Assembly: GCA_039630545.1 (NCBI GenBank)
Contig: JBCNUU010000001.1
Span: 160,001 to 224,000 of the forward strand
Length of the DNA stretch: 64,000 nt
Source of the DNA: Endomicrobiia bacterium
GTDB taxonomy: Bacteria > Elusimicrobiota > Endomicrobiia > DTEH01
Direction: 5' to 3'
Positions within the stretch are counted from its first letter, which is position 1. The number at the start of each line of letters is the position of its first letter. The position numbers were made by a program, and so were the translations under genes. The notes beneath the pieces were generated by a model. That model was not told the origin of the DNA. It saw nothing but the letters and a program-made list of their open reading frames with translations, and made no database searches. Shown here piece by piece: positions 19,399 through 29,162 of this stretch.

Positions 19399-20358
19399 AT
19401 GAAAGTTTTAATTACAGGTGGTGCTGGTTTTATAGGTTCTCATTTAACAGATGAATGTTTAAGAAAAGGTTGGGATGTGGTGGTTGTAGATAATCTTTCT
19501 ACAGGAAAACAAAAAAATGTAAATAAAAATGCTAAGTTTTATATGGTTGATATTACAGATCTAGGAACACTAAGAGATATATTCAAAAAGGAAAAACCAC
19601 AAATAGTAAGTCATCATGCTGCTCAGATAGATGTAAGAAAGTCTGTAAGTAATCCTCAGTATGATGCAACTGTAAACATAATTGGTTCTTTAAATTTACT
19701 GCAACTTTCTGTAGAATATAAAGTTAAAAAATTTATATTTGCTTCTTCAGGTGGAACTATTTATGGGGAATGCAAGAATAAAACCGCGCCTAAAGAAACA
19801 TCAAGAATGTCTCCTGAATCTCCCTATGGTTGTGCAAAATCTTCAGTGGAGCTTTATTTGTGGTATTACTATAAAGTTTATGGATTAAATGCGATCTCTT
19901 TAAGATATGCTAATGTATATGGCCCAAGACAGGATCCAAAAGGAGAGGCAGGAGTGGTAGCTATATTTATAGATAAAATGTTAAACAATCAAGATGTGTA
20001 TATCTATGGGGATGGTAATCAAATGAGAGACTTTGTATATGTAAAAGATGTAGTGGATGCTAATATAAAAAGCATGCTTAGCAAAAAAGAATTTGGTATC
20101 TTTAATGTAGCCACTGGTAAATCAATTTCTATCAATAAAATATTCAATCTTCTTAGTAAGTTTTTAGAATACCACAAACCACCAATATATAAACCATCCA
20201 GACCAGGTGAGATATTTAGAAGTTGTCTTAATATTGAGTTAATAAAAAAAGAACTTAAATGGAAACCGAGATTTTCAATTGTAGATGGACTTAAAGAAAC
20301 TGTTTTATATTTTAAAAATCAATTTAGTATAAATGGAAAAATCCAAAATTATAAATGA
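19399..20358 (+). CDS. NAD-dependent epimerase/dehydratase (UDP-glucose 4-epimerase-like)
   Basis: ITGGAGFIGSH, HHAAQIDVRKSV, YGCAK, RYANVYGPRQDP.GEAGVV. Confidence 0.92.
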   Translation: MKVLITGGAGFIGSHLTDECLRKGWDVVVVDNLSTGKQKNVNKNAKFYMVDITDLGTLRDIFKKEKPQIVSHHAAQIDVRKSVSNPQYDATVNIIGSLNLLQLSVEYKVKKFIFASSGGTIYGECKNKTAPKETSRMSPESPYGCAKSSVELYLWYYYKVYGLNAISLRYANVYGPRQDPKGEAGVVAIFIDKMLNNQDVYIYGDGNQMRDFVYVKDVVDANIKSMLSKKEFGIFNVATGKSISINKIFNLLSKFLEYHKPPIYKPSRPGEIFRSCLNIELIKKELKWKPRFSIVDGLKETVLYFKNQFSINGKIQNYK

Positions 20359-20941
20359 TTTAATTAATATTTTTAAAAATTTTCCTTCAGTAGGTCCAAA
20401 AACCGCAGAAAGATTTTCTTATTTTCTTTTAGATAATGAAAATTTGTTGGATTCCTTTATAGAAGTTTTAACAAAGATAAAAAATAATGTAATTAAGTGT
20501 AAATATTGCCATAACTTTTCATCTGTAAATCCTTGCGAAATTTGTACAGATCCAAAAAGAGATTTTAAACTTTTATGTGTGGTGGAAAAGTATCAGGATA
20601 TTTATTCTATAGAAAATACAGAATATAATGGTTTATATTATGTGCTAGGAACAATTATAAATCCTCTTGAAGGTAAAATGCCTAGTAGTTTAGATGTAGA
20701 ATCTTTATATAAAAGAATAGTAAATGTAGAAGAAAATTATAAACCCGACGAAGTAATTATAGCTTTAGGTTTTACAACAGAAGCAGACATTACTTCAAAT
20801 TTTATAACTGAATATCTAAAGTCTAAGAATTTAAAAATAAAAATGTCTAGAATTGCTAAAGGTTTACCTGTAGGGGCTGAGGTAGAATATTCAGATCCAC
20901 AGACTTTAAGTTTTGCTTTTAAAAATAGAGTAATTATATGA
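20333..20941 (+). CDS. recR: Recombination mediator RecR
   Basis: PSVGPKTAER, C4 zinc finger CKYC...CEIC, LCVVE, Toprim domain, SRIAKGLPVG. Confidence 0.95.
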   Translation: MEKSKIINDLINIFKNFPSVGPKTAERFSYFLLDNENLLDSFIEVLTKIKNNVIKCKYCHNFSSVNPCEICTDPKRDFKLLCVVEKYQDIYSIENTEYNGLYYVLGTIINPLEGKMPSSLDVESLYKRIVNVEENYKPDEVIIALGFTTEADITSNFITEYLKSKNLKIKMSRIAKGLPVGAEVEYSDPQTLSFAFKNRVII

Positions 20942-23529
20942 AAATCTCTCAACCAGAATTTCCAACTCGTCTATATTTAATACTTGATAATCTGTTAAAG
21001 TATAGTTTGCCTGTGTTTTATTTTCTTATAGCTGTAATGTTTTATTTAAGAACATATGACTCCTGTCAAATAAAAATAACGATTTTTCAGATAGGTGGTA
21101 CTGTGATGGTATTATTGTGGTTTTTGAAATCACTAGAAAATCTGAAAGAAACAAAAGAATTTTATTTTAAAAACTGGCAGATAACTTTGGTATTTGTTTT
21201 ATTTTTGCTTTCAGGTATTCAGTCGCACATTTTTATGTCACCTCTTAAAAAAGCCTCGGGAATGGAGTTGATAAGAAGAGTTATATATATGTTGTCTGTT
21301 TTGGTGATAATGAAAGAAATAGATAGCATAGAAAAATTTCAAAGGATGATAAGATGGCTTCTAGCTGCGTTGTTTATATCTACTTTTTATGGTATTATTC
21401 AATATCTGGATATAAAATATTTCCCTCCTAATCCTGCAGTTGGCTTAGATCCTTTTATTTGGAGGCAGGCTTTTGGTAGCAGAATATTTTCTACATTTGG
21501 TAATCCGAATTTTTATGGAGATTTTCTTGTAACAATGGCACCTGTAAGTTTATCATTGTTTTTATATAAGAAAAAAATTTTCTTTTTAATACTCTGGATA
21601 ATGACTTTATTTAACACATATGTTACTTACTCAAAAGGAGCTTGGATTGGATTTGTTGCTGGATTTATTTATTTTTGTTTTTTATACATAATATTTTTTA
21701 TTCATACTAAACAGCAAAAAATTAGGATTTATGTTTTAATAGCAAGCATATTTGCGATTTTGATTACTACATATGGAGTTTATTTTCAGTTAACACAGCG
21801 TACGGATTCTGCAAAGTTTAGAATTTATACATGGCTTTCTTGCTGGGAAATGATAAATACCTCGCCTGTTCTTGGCACAGGTATAGGAACTTTTTATGTT
21901 ACTTATCCAGCATGGAGAAGACCTCAAATTTTTTATATCGAAGGTAAACATAACACAGAATCAGATCATCCTGAAAATGAATATTTAGAAGTGTTGTATG
22001 ATGAAGGTATAGTTGGTTTTGGAATATTTTTGTTTATTATAACTTTATTGGTTGTTTCATCTATTAAAGCACTTAAAAAATTTTCTTACGGAGTAATTAC
22101 AATAGATAAAAAGGGAACCAAAAAAGAAATTACACAGGATATAAGAGCGTTTTACTTATTAGGATTTCTTTCTGGATGGTTGGGATCACTTACTCATAAC
22201 TGGGTATGTGTTTCAATGAGGTTTGTATCTTCTGGAAGTATTGTATGGATGATGGCTGGTTTGATATGTTCTTTGTTGATTAATAATCCTTTGTCTGAAA
22301 AATCAAAACAAGCAGATGTTTTATCTCCACTGACAATTTTATTTTTTATATGTATGTTCTGGTTTTTAAATTTTTTATGGTGGAAAATGACTACAGATGT
22401 TTCTTTAGCAGTAAGTGTTTTTTTATTTGTGTTAGGAATTATATTAGAGACGAGAACTTTAAAACCCTTAAATTTAGCTACTAATTTTTCTGCTTCTAAG
22501 AAATCTATTGTTTTGAGAATTACACAATTGGCTTCTTTTATTGTTTCTTTTTATTTGATGAATATTTTTAGAGGATATTTTATAGGTGATATACATCATA
22601 ATATAGCAATTTTTTATTCAAAACAAGGCAATTGGTCTGAGGCCTTAAATAACTACAATATAGTAGCTAAAAATAATCCTGGGTTCATAATGTGCCACTA
22701 TTTTATGGGAAATGTATTTAATGACCGGTGGAGTTTACAAAGGGAATACCATCCTGAATGGGGAGACAAAGAAAGTGACACTCCATTTGTGGAAATAGAT
22801 TTAGGTAAACCTGGAAGAGTAGATCCTGAAAGATCTATTTCAAAATATCAAGATGTTTGGAGGTTAGCTCCTAATTATGTTCAAAGTCATCATCAAGCAG
22901 GTGTAGTGTATATGAAATTAGGTTTGCATTTTAGAAACATAGACATTCAAAAGTCCATCCTTTATTTTAATAAAGCTCTTGAATATTTTTGGAAATACCA
23001 CAAAATCGATCCTATCTTTCCGGTAAACTATCAACGAATGGCATCCATTTACCTAACTTTAGGTAATTTAGAAATGGCAGAGAAGGTGCTAAAAGGTCAT
23101 CTTTTTACACAGTGGTTGTGTCAAAATCCTGAAGATATTATCAACCCTAAAAAAATAAAGACTGAACAAGATAAAATTAAATATGAAGAAATAAAACAAA
23201 GATTTGAAGAAGAAAAAAACTGGCACTGCTGTGATTATCATAAAAGAGAACATTACCTTTTATCTACTGAAAACTGGGCCAGAAGAAGATCACATGAGTA
23301 TTCTGAAACGTATTTACAACTAGCTAAACTTTTTGTTGGAAGAAATAATTCTGAGGCAGAAAAATTCTTTATTCGTGCTGTTAAAGTGTATCCTCAAAAT
23401 TTTCAGGCCTGGAAAAGTTTGATAACTTTTTATCAACAATTTAACCTCAATGACAAGATAAAGGAAACAATTAAATGGTATACTCAAGAGTTTCCACAAG
23501 ACAAAGAGTTGTCTAACCTAAAAAATTAA
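20938..23529 (+). CDS. O-antigen ligase (Wzy_C)-family membrane protein with C-terminal TPR region
   Basis: Many TM helices; STFGNPNF, TYSKGAWIG, R..TW, GTGIGTF, HPENEYLE..GIVG; TPR-like C-terminus. Confidence 0.85.
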   Translation: MKISQPEFPTRLYLILDNLLKYSLPVFYFLIAVMFYLRTYDSCQIKITIFQIGGTVMVLLWFLKSLENLKETKEFYFKNWQITLVFVLFLLSGIQSHIFMSPLKKASGMELIRRVIYMLSVLVIMKEIDSIEKFQRMIRWLLAALFISTFYGIIQYLDIKYFPPNPAVGLDPFIWRQAFGSRIFSTFGNPNFYGDFLVTMAPVSLSLFLYKKKIFFLILWIMTLFNTYVTYSKGAWIGFVAGFIYFCFLYIIFFIHTKQQKIRIYVLIASIFAILITTYGVYFQLTQRTDSAKFRIYTWLSCWEMINTSPVLGTGIGTFYVTYPAWRRPQIFYIEGKHNTESDHPENEYLEVLYDEGIVGFGIFLFIITLLVVSSIKALKKFSYGVITIDKKGTKKEITQDIRAFYLLGFLSGWLGSLTHNWVCVSMRFVSSGSIVWMMAGLICSLLINNPLSEKSKQADVLSPLTILFFICMFWFLNFLWWKMTTDVSLAVSVFLFVLGIILETRTLKPLNLATNFSASKKSIVLRITQLASFIVSFYLMNIFRGYFIGDIHHNIAIFYSKQGNWSEALNNYNIVAKNNPGFIMCHYFMGNVFNDRWSLQREYHPEWGDKESDTPFVEIDLGKPGRVDPERSISKYQDVWRLAPNYVQSHHQAGVVYMKLGLHFRNIDIQKSILYFNKALEYFWKYHKIDPIFPVNYQRMASIYLTLGNLEMAEKVLKGHLFTQWLCQNPEDIINPKKIKTEQDKIKYEEIKQRFEEEKNWHCCDYHKREHYLLSTENWARRRSHEYSETYLQLAKLFVGRNNSEAEKFFIRAVKVYPQNFQAWKSLITFYQQFNLNDKIKETIKWYTQEFPQDKELSNLKN

Positions 23530-23544
23530 GCGATATTAATCTCA

Positions 23545-25914
23545 ATGAAATCTAAAACTATAAACTTTCTTTTTTATTCATTAATAACAATATCACCCCT
23601 TGTCTTCTTTACTGATCTTACAAGAAATCCATATTACTTTCAGATTGTTTTTGCTCAATCAATGATGGTGGTGTTATGGATAATAATTTTGTTAAGAAAT
23701 AAAGATGGAATTTATCATTTTACAAATCCTTTTGAAATTCCAATGTTTAGTTTTTATGGTTTTGCAGTAATCAGTTGGGGTATATCAATGTTTTTGAATC
23801 ACAATTATAAAGTCCCAGAAGTTATTTTTGATTCTCTTAAAGTTTACAAAAAAAATTTTCTTTTAATGAGTATGTTTAATGAGGGTTTAAAAAAATTTAT
23901 TTTTACTATCACAAATATAATTTTGGTTTATGTTTTTGCTACAAATTATGTAAATAGAGAAAATTTTAAAAAAATTTATTTTACTTTCTTTATCGTTGGA
24001 TTTTTGGCAAGTATATATGGAATTTTGCAATACTTTGGTATAGAATTAATATGGCCTAAAGTTCTTAATCCATTTGGAGGTAGATGTGTTTCTACTTTTG
24101 GAAATCCAAATTTTTTGTCGTCATTTTTGATTTTACTTTTTCCAATAATGATGGTAGAATATTTTTATGGGAATAGTGTGGTTATGTTTATATTTTTAAT
24201 TGTTTATTTTTTTGCGCTTCTTGCTACATTGACAAGATCCTCCTGGTTAGGATTGACAGCAAGTTTAGTTTATATTTTTATTATTTTGTTTATAGAAGAA
24301 AAAAAAGTGTTAAAGGAAAATAAAAATAAAATTTTAATTTTGTTAGGAGTTTTAGTTTTAACATTTTTAATATGGCCTAAAAGTCCTGTTGGTAAAAATC
24401 CTTCTGCAATTGAGAGATTATTAGAAGTTAGACAAGCAAAAGAGATATATAGTCCTTTACATCAAAGATTTCTTATATGGTTGTGTGGTTTTGATATGAT
24501 AAAAGAGAAACCTATAACAGGTAAGGGATGGGGTTTATTTGAACTTTTTTATCCATTCTATCAAGGAAAATATCTTTTTATTAAAAAACTATCACATAGA
24601 ACACATGCAAATAACGCGCATAATGAAATTATAGAAGTATGGTCTCAGACAGGTACTGTAGGGTTAGGAATTTATATTTTATTTTTAATCACATTTTTTA
24701 TCTATAGTTATAAGTTATTTAAGAGAGAAAAACAAATTTATTACAAACTTGTAATTTTAGCAATATCAAGTTCAGTGTTAGGAATGCTGATAGATAACTT
24801 ACTAAATGTTTCGATTCATTTTTGTATTCCAGCATTTTTATATTTTTTTAATATAGGTGCTTTAGCTACTTTTGATGTTGCAAGAGTAAAAATAAAGGTT
24901 AAGTTTAAAAGTATTTTCAGATATTTGTTAGTGGTTGTCGGATTGTCTATTGTGATTCGTCTTTGGTTAAATTTCTTAGGTGAAATTAATTACTTTAAAG
25001 GTTTTAAATATTCCAAAAGGAATGATTTAGAACCTGCGTTGTATTATTTGTCTAAAGCAAATAAATTTCAAAAATATGAAGTAAATAATAATTATGAACT
25101 AGCGAACACATATGCTCGTCTTAAAAGATTAAAGGAAGCTGTATATTACTACTACGAAGCTTTAGCAAGCAATTGTGGGTATGATGAAATTCACTTTAAC
25201 TTAGCAACAGTTTATTCTCAGCTGAATAATTTTGATATTGCTAAGTTTCATTATACTCAAGCACTGTTTATAAATCCTTTGTCGAAAGAAGCTTATATGG
25301 CATTAGGAAGTATTTTTTTATCAGATATCGACAAAAATTTACAGTCAGCGGTTAAACTTTTTGAACAAGCAATTTTAGTTTTCCCAGAAGAAAAAGATTT
25401 TTATAATAATTTAGGTTATCTTTACATAAAATCTAATCAAGAACAGAAAGCTTTAGAATATTATGAGAAAGCTCTAAAAATAGACCCTAATTATGAATTT
25501 GCTAAAAAAAATTATATGATTTTAGCAAACAAACTGAATGTAAAAAACAATCTGGTTGTTATTTATAATGATATTTTTAACGAAATGTTAAAAGATATAA
25601 ATCAAAAAAAATTTGAAGAAGCAGAAATAAAGTGTTATAAACTTCTTGAAATCTTTCCTAACGATTACAATGCTAAATTTTATTTAGCCAATATTCTGTT
25701 TTCAAAAAATGAGTTTAGGAAAGCTTCTGATCTATACAAAGAAATAATTTTGGCTCAACCAGACAATTTGAATGTTAGGTACAACTATGCTGTTACTTTG
25801 GTTAAATTACAAAATTATAATGAAGCAGAAGAACATCTTAGATATATACTTTCAAAACAACCGAACAACATTCAGGCTAAACATTTATTAATAAGTATTA
25901 AAAAAAATTTTTGA
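23545..25914 (+). CDS. O-antigen ligase (Wzy_C)-family membrane protein with TPR repeats
   Basis: STFGNPNF, TRSSWLG, RFLIW, GKGWGLF, NAHNEIIE..QTGTVG; many TPRs (YNNLGYLY, EKALKIDPNY). Confidence 0.88.
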   Translation: MKSKTINFLFYSLITISPLVFFTDLTRNPYYFQIVFAQSMMVVLWIIILLRNKDGIYHFTNPFEIPMFSFYGFAVISWGISMFLNHNYKVPEVIFDSLKVYKKNFLLMSMFNEGLKKFIFTITNIILVYVFATNYVNRENFKKIYFTFFIVGFLASIYGILQYFGIELIWPKVLNPFGGRCVSTFGNPNFLSSFLILLFPIMMVEYFYGNSVVMFIFLIVYFFALLATLTRSSWLGLTASLVYIFIILFIEEKKVLKENKNKILILLGVLVLTFLIWPKSPVGKNPSAIERLLEVRQAKEIYSPLHQRFLIWLCGFDMIKEKPITGKGWGLFELFYPFYQGKYLFIKKLSHRTHANNAHNEIIEVWSQTGTVGLGIYILFLITFFIYSYKLFKREKQIYYKLVILAISSSVLGMLIDNLLNVSIHFCIPAFLYFFNIGALATFDVARVKIKVKFKSIFRYLLVVVGLSIVIRLWLNFLGEINYFKGFKYSKRNDLEPALYYLSKANKFQKYEVNNNYELANTYARLKRLKEAVYYYYEALASNCGYDEIHFNLATVYSQLNNFDIAKFHYTQALFINPLSKEAYMALGSIFLSDIDKNLQSAVKLFEQAILVFPEEKDFYNNLGYLYIKSNQEQKALEYYEKALKIDPNYEFAKKNYMILANKLNVKNNLVVIYNDIFNEMLKDINQKKFEEAEIKCYKLLEIFPNDYNAKFYLANILFSKNEFRKASDLYKEIILAQPDNLNVRYNYAVTLVKLQNYNEAEEHLRYILSKQPNNIQAKHLLISIKKNF

Positions 25915-26036
25915 TATACTATTGAAAATTTTTAGAATTATTTATAAAAAATAAACATCTTAAGCAGTATAGGTTAGGTCGTTGAGCTTGATCTGATACT
26001 GCTACATTTTTATTTTTAAGGGAGGTGTTAAAAGAA

Positions 26037-26249
26037 GTGGTAAAAGGTAAAGTAAAGTGGTTTAATGAGAAGAAAGGCTTTGGGTTCATTAGTTGTGAAG
26101 ATGGCTCAGGTGATGTATTTGTGCATTATTCGGGTATCCAAAAGAAAGGTTTTAAAACTCTGAAAGAGGGCGAAGAAGTAGAATTTGAAATTACTACGAC
26201 AAGCAAAGGTCCGAAAGCAATTAATGTTAAAAAATTAAACAAATTTTAA
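26037..26249 (+). CDS. cspA: Cold-shock domain protein
   Basis: [16 protein letters not shown] (RNP1), DVFVHYS (RNP2), GPKAINV. GGAGG at 26021-26025 favours GTG 26037 as the start. Confidence 0.95.
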   Translation: MVKGKVKWFNEKKGFGFISCEDGSGDVFVHYSGIQKKGFKTLKEGEEVEFEITTTSKGPKAINVKKLNKF

Positions 26250-26485
26250 TATTATTGACACTTTGTGCAGAAAAATTTTGCTTTGGTTATATTTGTTATA
26301 ACCAAATTTAAGTAGCACAAAGTTATATATAATAAGATTTTACTGATAGTTAGTTGGTAAAGTCTTATTTATTAAAAAATAAAACTTTTTTAGAAAATTG
26401 GTTTGTCTTTCCTTAATAATAATTACTTCTTGTATTTCTCTTGCTTATTTTATATTAAGATATAAATTTTAGGAGAAAAACCACC

Positions 26486-29131
26486 ATGTTAAGATATATT
26501 TTATCCAAAATTTTTGGTTCACAAAATGAAAGATATTTAAGATCACTAAAGCCAATAATAGAAAAAATTAATTCTTATGAAAATGAATTAGAAAAACTAT
26601 CAGATAGTGCTTTAAGAGAAAAAACTTATGAGTTTAAACAAAGGCTTAAAAACGGAGAGACGCTTGATGAAATTTTACCAGAAGCTTTTGCCGTAGTTAG
26701 AGAAGCCTCTAAACGTACAATAAAATTACGCCATTTTGATGTTCAACTTATAGGAGGAATTGTTTTACATCAAGGGAAAATTGCTGAAATGAAAACTGGA
26801 GAAGGAAAAACTTTAGTTGCAACTTTAGCTGCTTATCTTAATGCTTTAGAAGGCAATGGCGTTCATATTGTAACAGTAAATGACTATCTTGCAAAAAGAG
26901 ATAGATTCTGGATGGGGCCAATTTATGAATTTTTAGGTTGTAGTGTTGGTTATATTGAGCATGATATGGATCCACAAATAAGAAAGCAGATGTATGCATG
27001 TGATATTACCTATGTTACAAATAATGAACTTGGTTTTGATTATTTAAGAGATAATATGGTGTTAAAAAAAGAAGATAAAGTCTTAAGAGGTCTTAATTAT
27101 GCTATTGTGGATGAAGTAGATTCTATTTTAATAGATGAAGCAAGAACACCCCTTATAATTTCAGGTCCAGCAGAAGAATCCACAGAAAAGTATTATATAG
27201 CCAACAAGCTGGTTCCAAGATTAAATATAAAAATTATCACTGAAGATGAAGAAATAGAAGCAAAATATAAAGGAATAAATATCTATAAAGGTTATGATGC
27301 TATAGTAGATGAAAAAAATCATACAGTAGTTTTAACCGATGAAGGTATCAAAAAATGTGAGAAATTACTAAATATTTCAAACCTATATGATGATTTATCT
27401 TCTGACTGGGTTCACATAATTACCCAGGCGATAAGAGCTCATAAACTGTTTCATAGAGATGTTCACTATGTAGTTAAAGATGGAGAAATAATTATTGTTG
27501 ATGAGTTTACTGGTCGTCTTATGCCTGGTAGAAGATGGTCCGATGGATTGCATCAAGCAATAGAGGCAAAAGAAAACTTACCTATCAGAGAAGAGAACCA
27601 AACACTTGCAACCATAACATTTCAAAATCTTTTTAGAATGTATAAAAAACTTGCTGGTATGACCGGAACGGCGTTAACTTCAGCTGATGAATTTTGGGGT
27701 GTTTATAAACTTGATGTAGTAGTGATACCTACTCACAAGCCAATGATAAGAAAGGACCATCCAGATGTTGTATACAGAACAGAAAAAGAAAAATGGCAAG
27801 CGATAGTAAATGATATTGAGTATCACTACAGAAAAGGTCAACCTGTACTTGTAGGGACTCGTTCTATAGAAAAAAATGAATTTCTTTCATCTCTTCTAAG
27901 AAGAAGAGGGATTCCTCATCAGGTATTAAATGCAAAACACCATGAAAGAGAAGCTCAAATTATTGCTCAAGCAGGAAAACTTAAAACAGTAACAGTTGCT
28001 ACCAATATGGCGGGTAGGGGGGTAGATATAATTTTGGGAGGTAAACCTTCTCCTGAAGATGCTTCTCATCTTATATGCAATGATCCGAACTGTAAAGTTG
28101 AGTTTCTTCATAATAAAGAATATCATGAAGTGGTAAATTTAGGAGGGCTTTATGTTATAGGGACTGAACGTCATGAAGCCAGAAGAATAGATGATCAACT
28201 AAGGGGAAGAAGCGGTAGGCAAGGAGATCCTGGTGAATCAAGGTTTTATGTTTCACTTGAAGATGAACTCATGAGATTATTTGGTGGTATAAAGATGTCT
28301 GAAATTATGCTTAAGTTGGGAATGAAAGAAGGAGAAAGTATTCAGCATCCGTGGATTACAAAATCAATAGAAAGAGCACAAAAGCGTGTTGAAGCTACAA
28401 ATTATGATATAAGAAAACAACTTTTAGAATATGACGATGTAATGAATAAACAAAGAGAAGCTGTTTATTCTTTAAGGGATGCAATATTAGAAGGAAAAGA
28501 TCTTGAGGAGAGAATACTCACAATGTTAGAGGAATCAGTGGAAGATAAAATAGAAAATTTTTGTACTGCCAAATATCCTGAGGAATGGAACTGGACTGCT
28601 TTAAATTTATGGTTAAACAGAGTATTTGATGTTTCGTTTCAGCTTCAAGATAGAGATGTAAACAAAATAACTAAACAAAAGCTGAAAGAGGAGATTGTTA
28701 AGTTAGTAAAAGAAAGATATTATAAAAGAAAAGAGGAACTTACACCAGAAGTATTTTTTGAATTACAAAAAATAGTGTTTTTAAATATGTTAGATATAGC
28801 TTGGAGAGAACATCTCTATGAGTTAGATCATCTTAAAAGAAGCGTAGGACTTAGAGCATATGGCCAAAAAGATCCTCTTGTGGAATATAAAAAAGAAAGT
28901 TATATCTTATTTAATAATCTAAAAACAAGAGTGAGAGAACAAACAATTGAATATGTGTTTAAATTACAACCAATCGTAAGACAATATCAACCATCCAGAA
29001 CAATGGGTGGAGTTGTTTCTACCATTAAAGAACCTTCACAAAAAGTAAAAATTGGAAAAATAGGCAGAAACGATCCCTGTCCTTGTGGTAGTGGTAAAAA
29101 GTACAAAAAGTGTTGTGGAAAAAGTGTATAG
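26486..29131 (+). CDS. secA: Preprotein translocase subunit SecA
   Basis: [39 protein letters not shown]-terminal [22 protein letters not shown]. Confidence 0.99.
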   Translation: MLRYILSKIFGSQNERYLRSLKPIIEKINSYENELEKLSDSALREKTYEFKQRLKNGETLDEILPEAFAVVREASKRTIKLRHFDVQLIGGIVLHQGKIAEMKTGEGKTLVATLAAYLNALEGNGVHIVTVNDYLAKRDRFWMGPIYEFLGCSVGYIEHDMDPQIRKQMYACDITYVTNNELGFDYLRDNMVLKKEDKVLRGLNYAIVDEVDSILIDEARTPLIISGPAEESTEKYYIANKLVPRLNIKIITEDEEIEAKYKGINIYKGYDAIVDEKNHTVVLTDEGIKKCEKLLNISNLYDDLSSDWVHIITQAIRAHKLFHRDVHYVVKDGEIIIVDEFTGRLMPGRRWSDGLHQAIEAKENLPIREENQTLATITFQNLFRMYKKLAGMTGTALTSADEFWGVYKLDVVVIPTHKPMIRKDHPDVVYRTEKEKWQAIVNDIEYHYRKGQPVLVGTRSIEKNEFLSSLLRRRGIPHQVLNAKHHEREAQIIAQAGKLKTVTVATNMAGRGVDIILGGKPSPEDASHLICNDPNCKVEFLHNKEYHEVVNLGGLYVIGTERHEARRIDDQLRGRSGRQGDPGESRFYVSLEDELMRLFGGIKMSEIMLKLGMKEGESIQHPWITKSIERAQKRVEATNYDIRKQLLEYDDVMNKQREAVYSLRDAILEGKDLEERILTMLEESVEDKIENFCTAKYPEEWNWTALNLWLNRVFDVSFQLQDRDVNKITKQKLKEEIVKLVKERYYKRKEELTPEVFFELQKIVFLNMLDIAWREHLYELDHLKRSVGLRAYGQKDPLVEYKKESYILFNNLKTRVREQTIEYVFKLQPIVRQYQPSRTMGGVVSTIKEPSQKVKIGKIGRNDPCPCGSGKKYKKCCGKSV

Positions 29132-29162
29132 TTTTTATAAAAATAAATTATAATGTCTAAGA

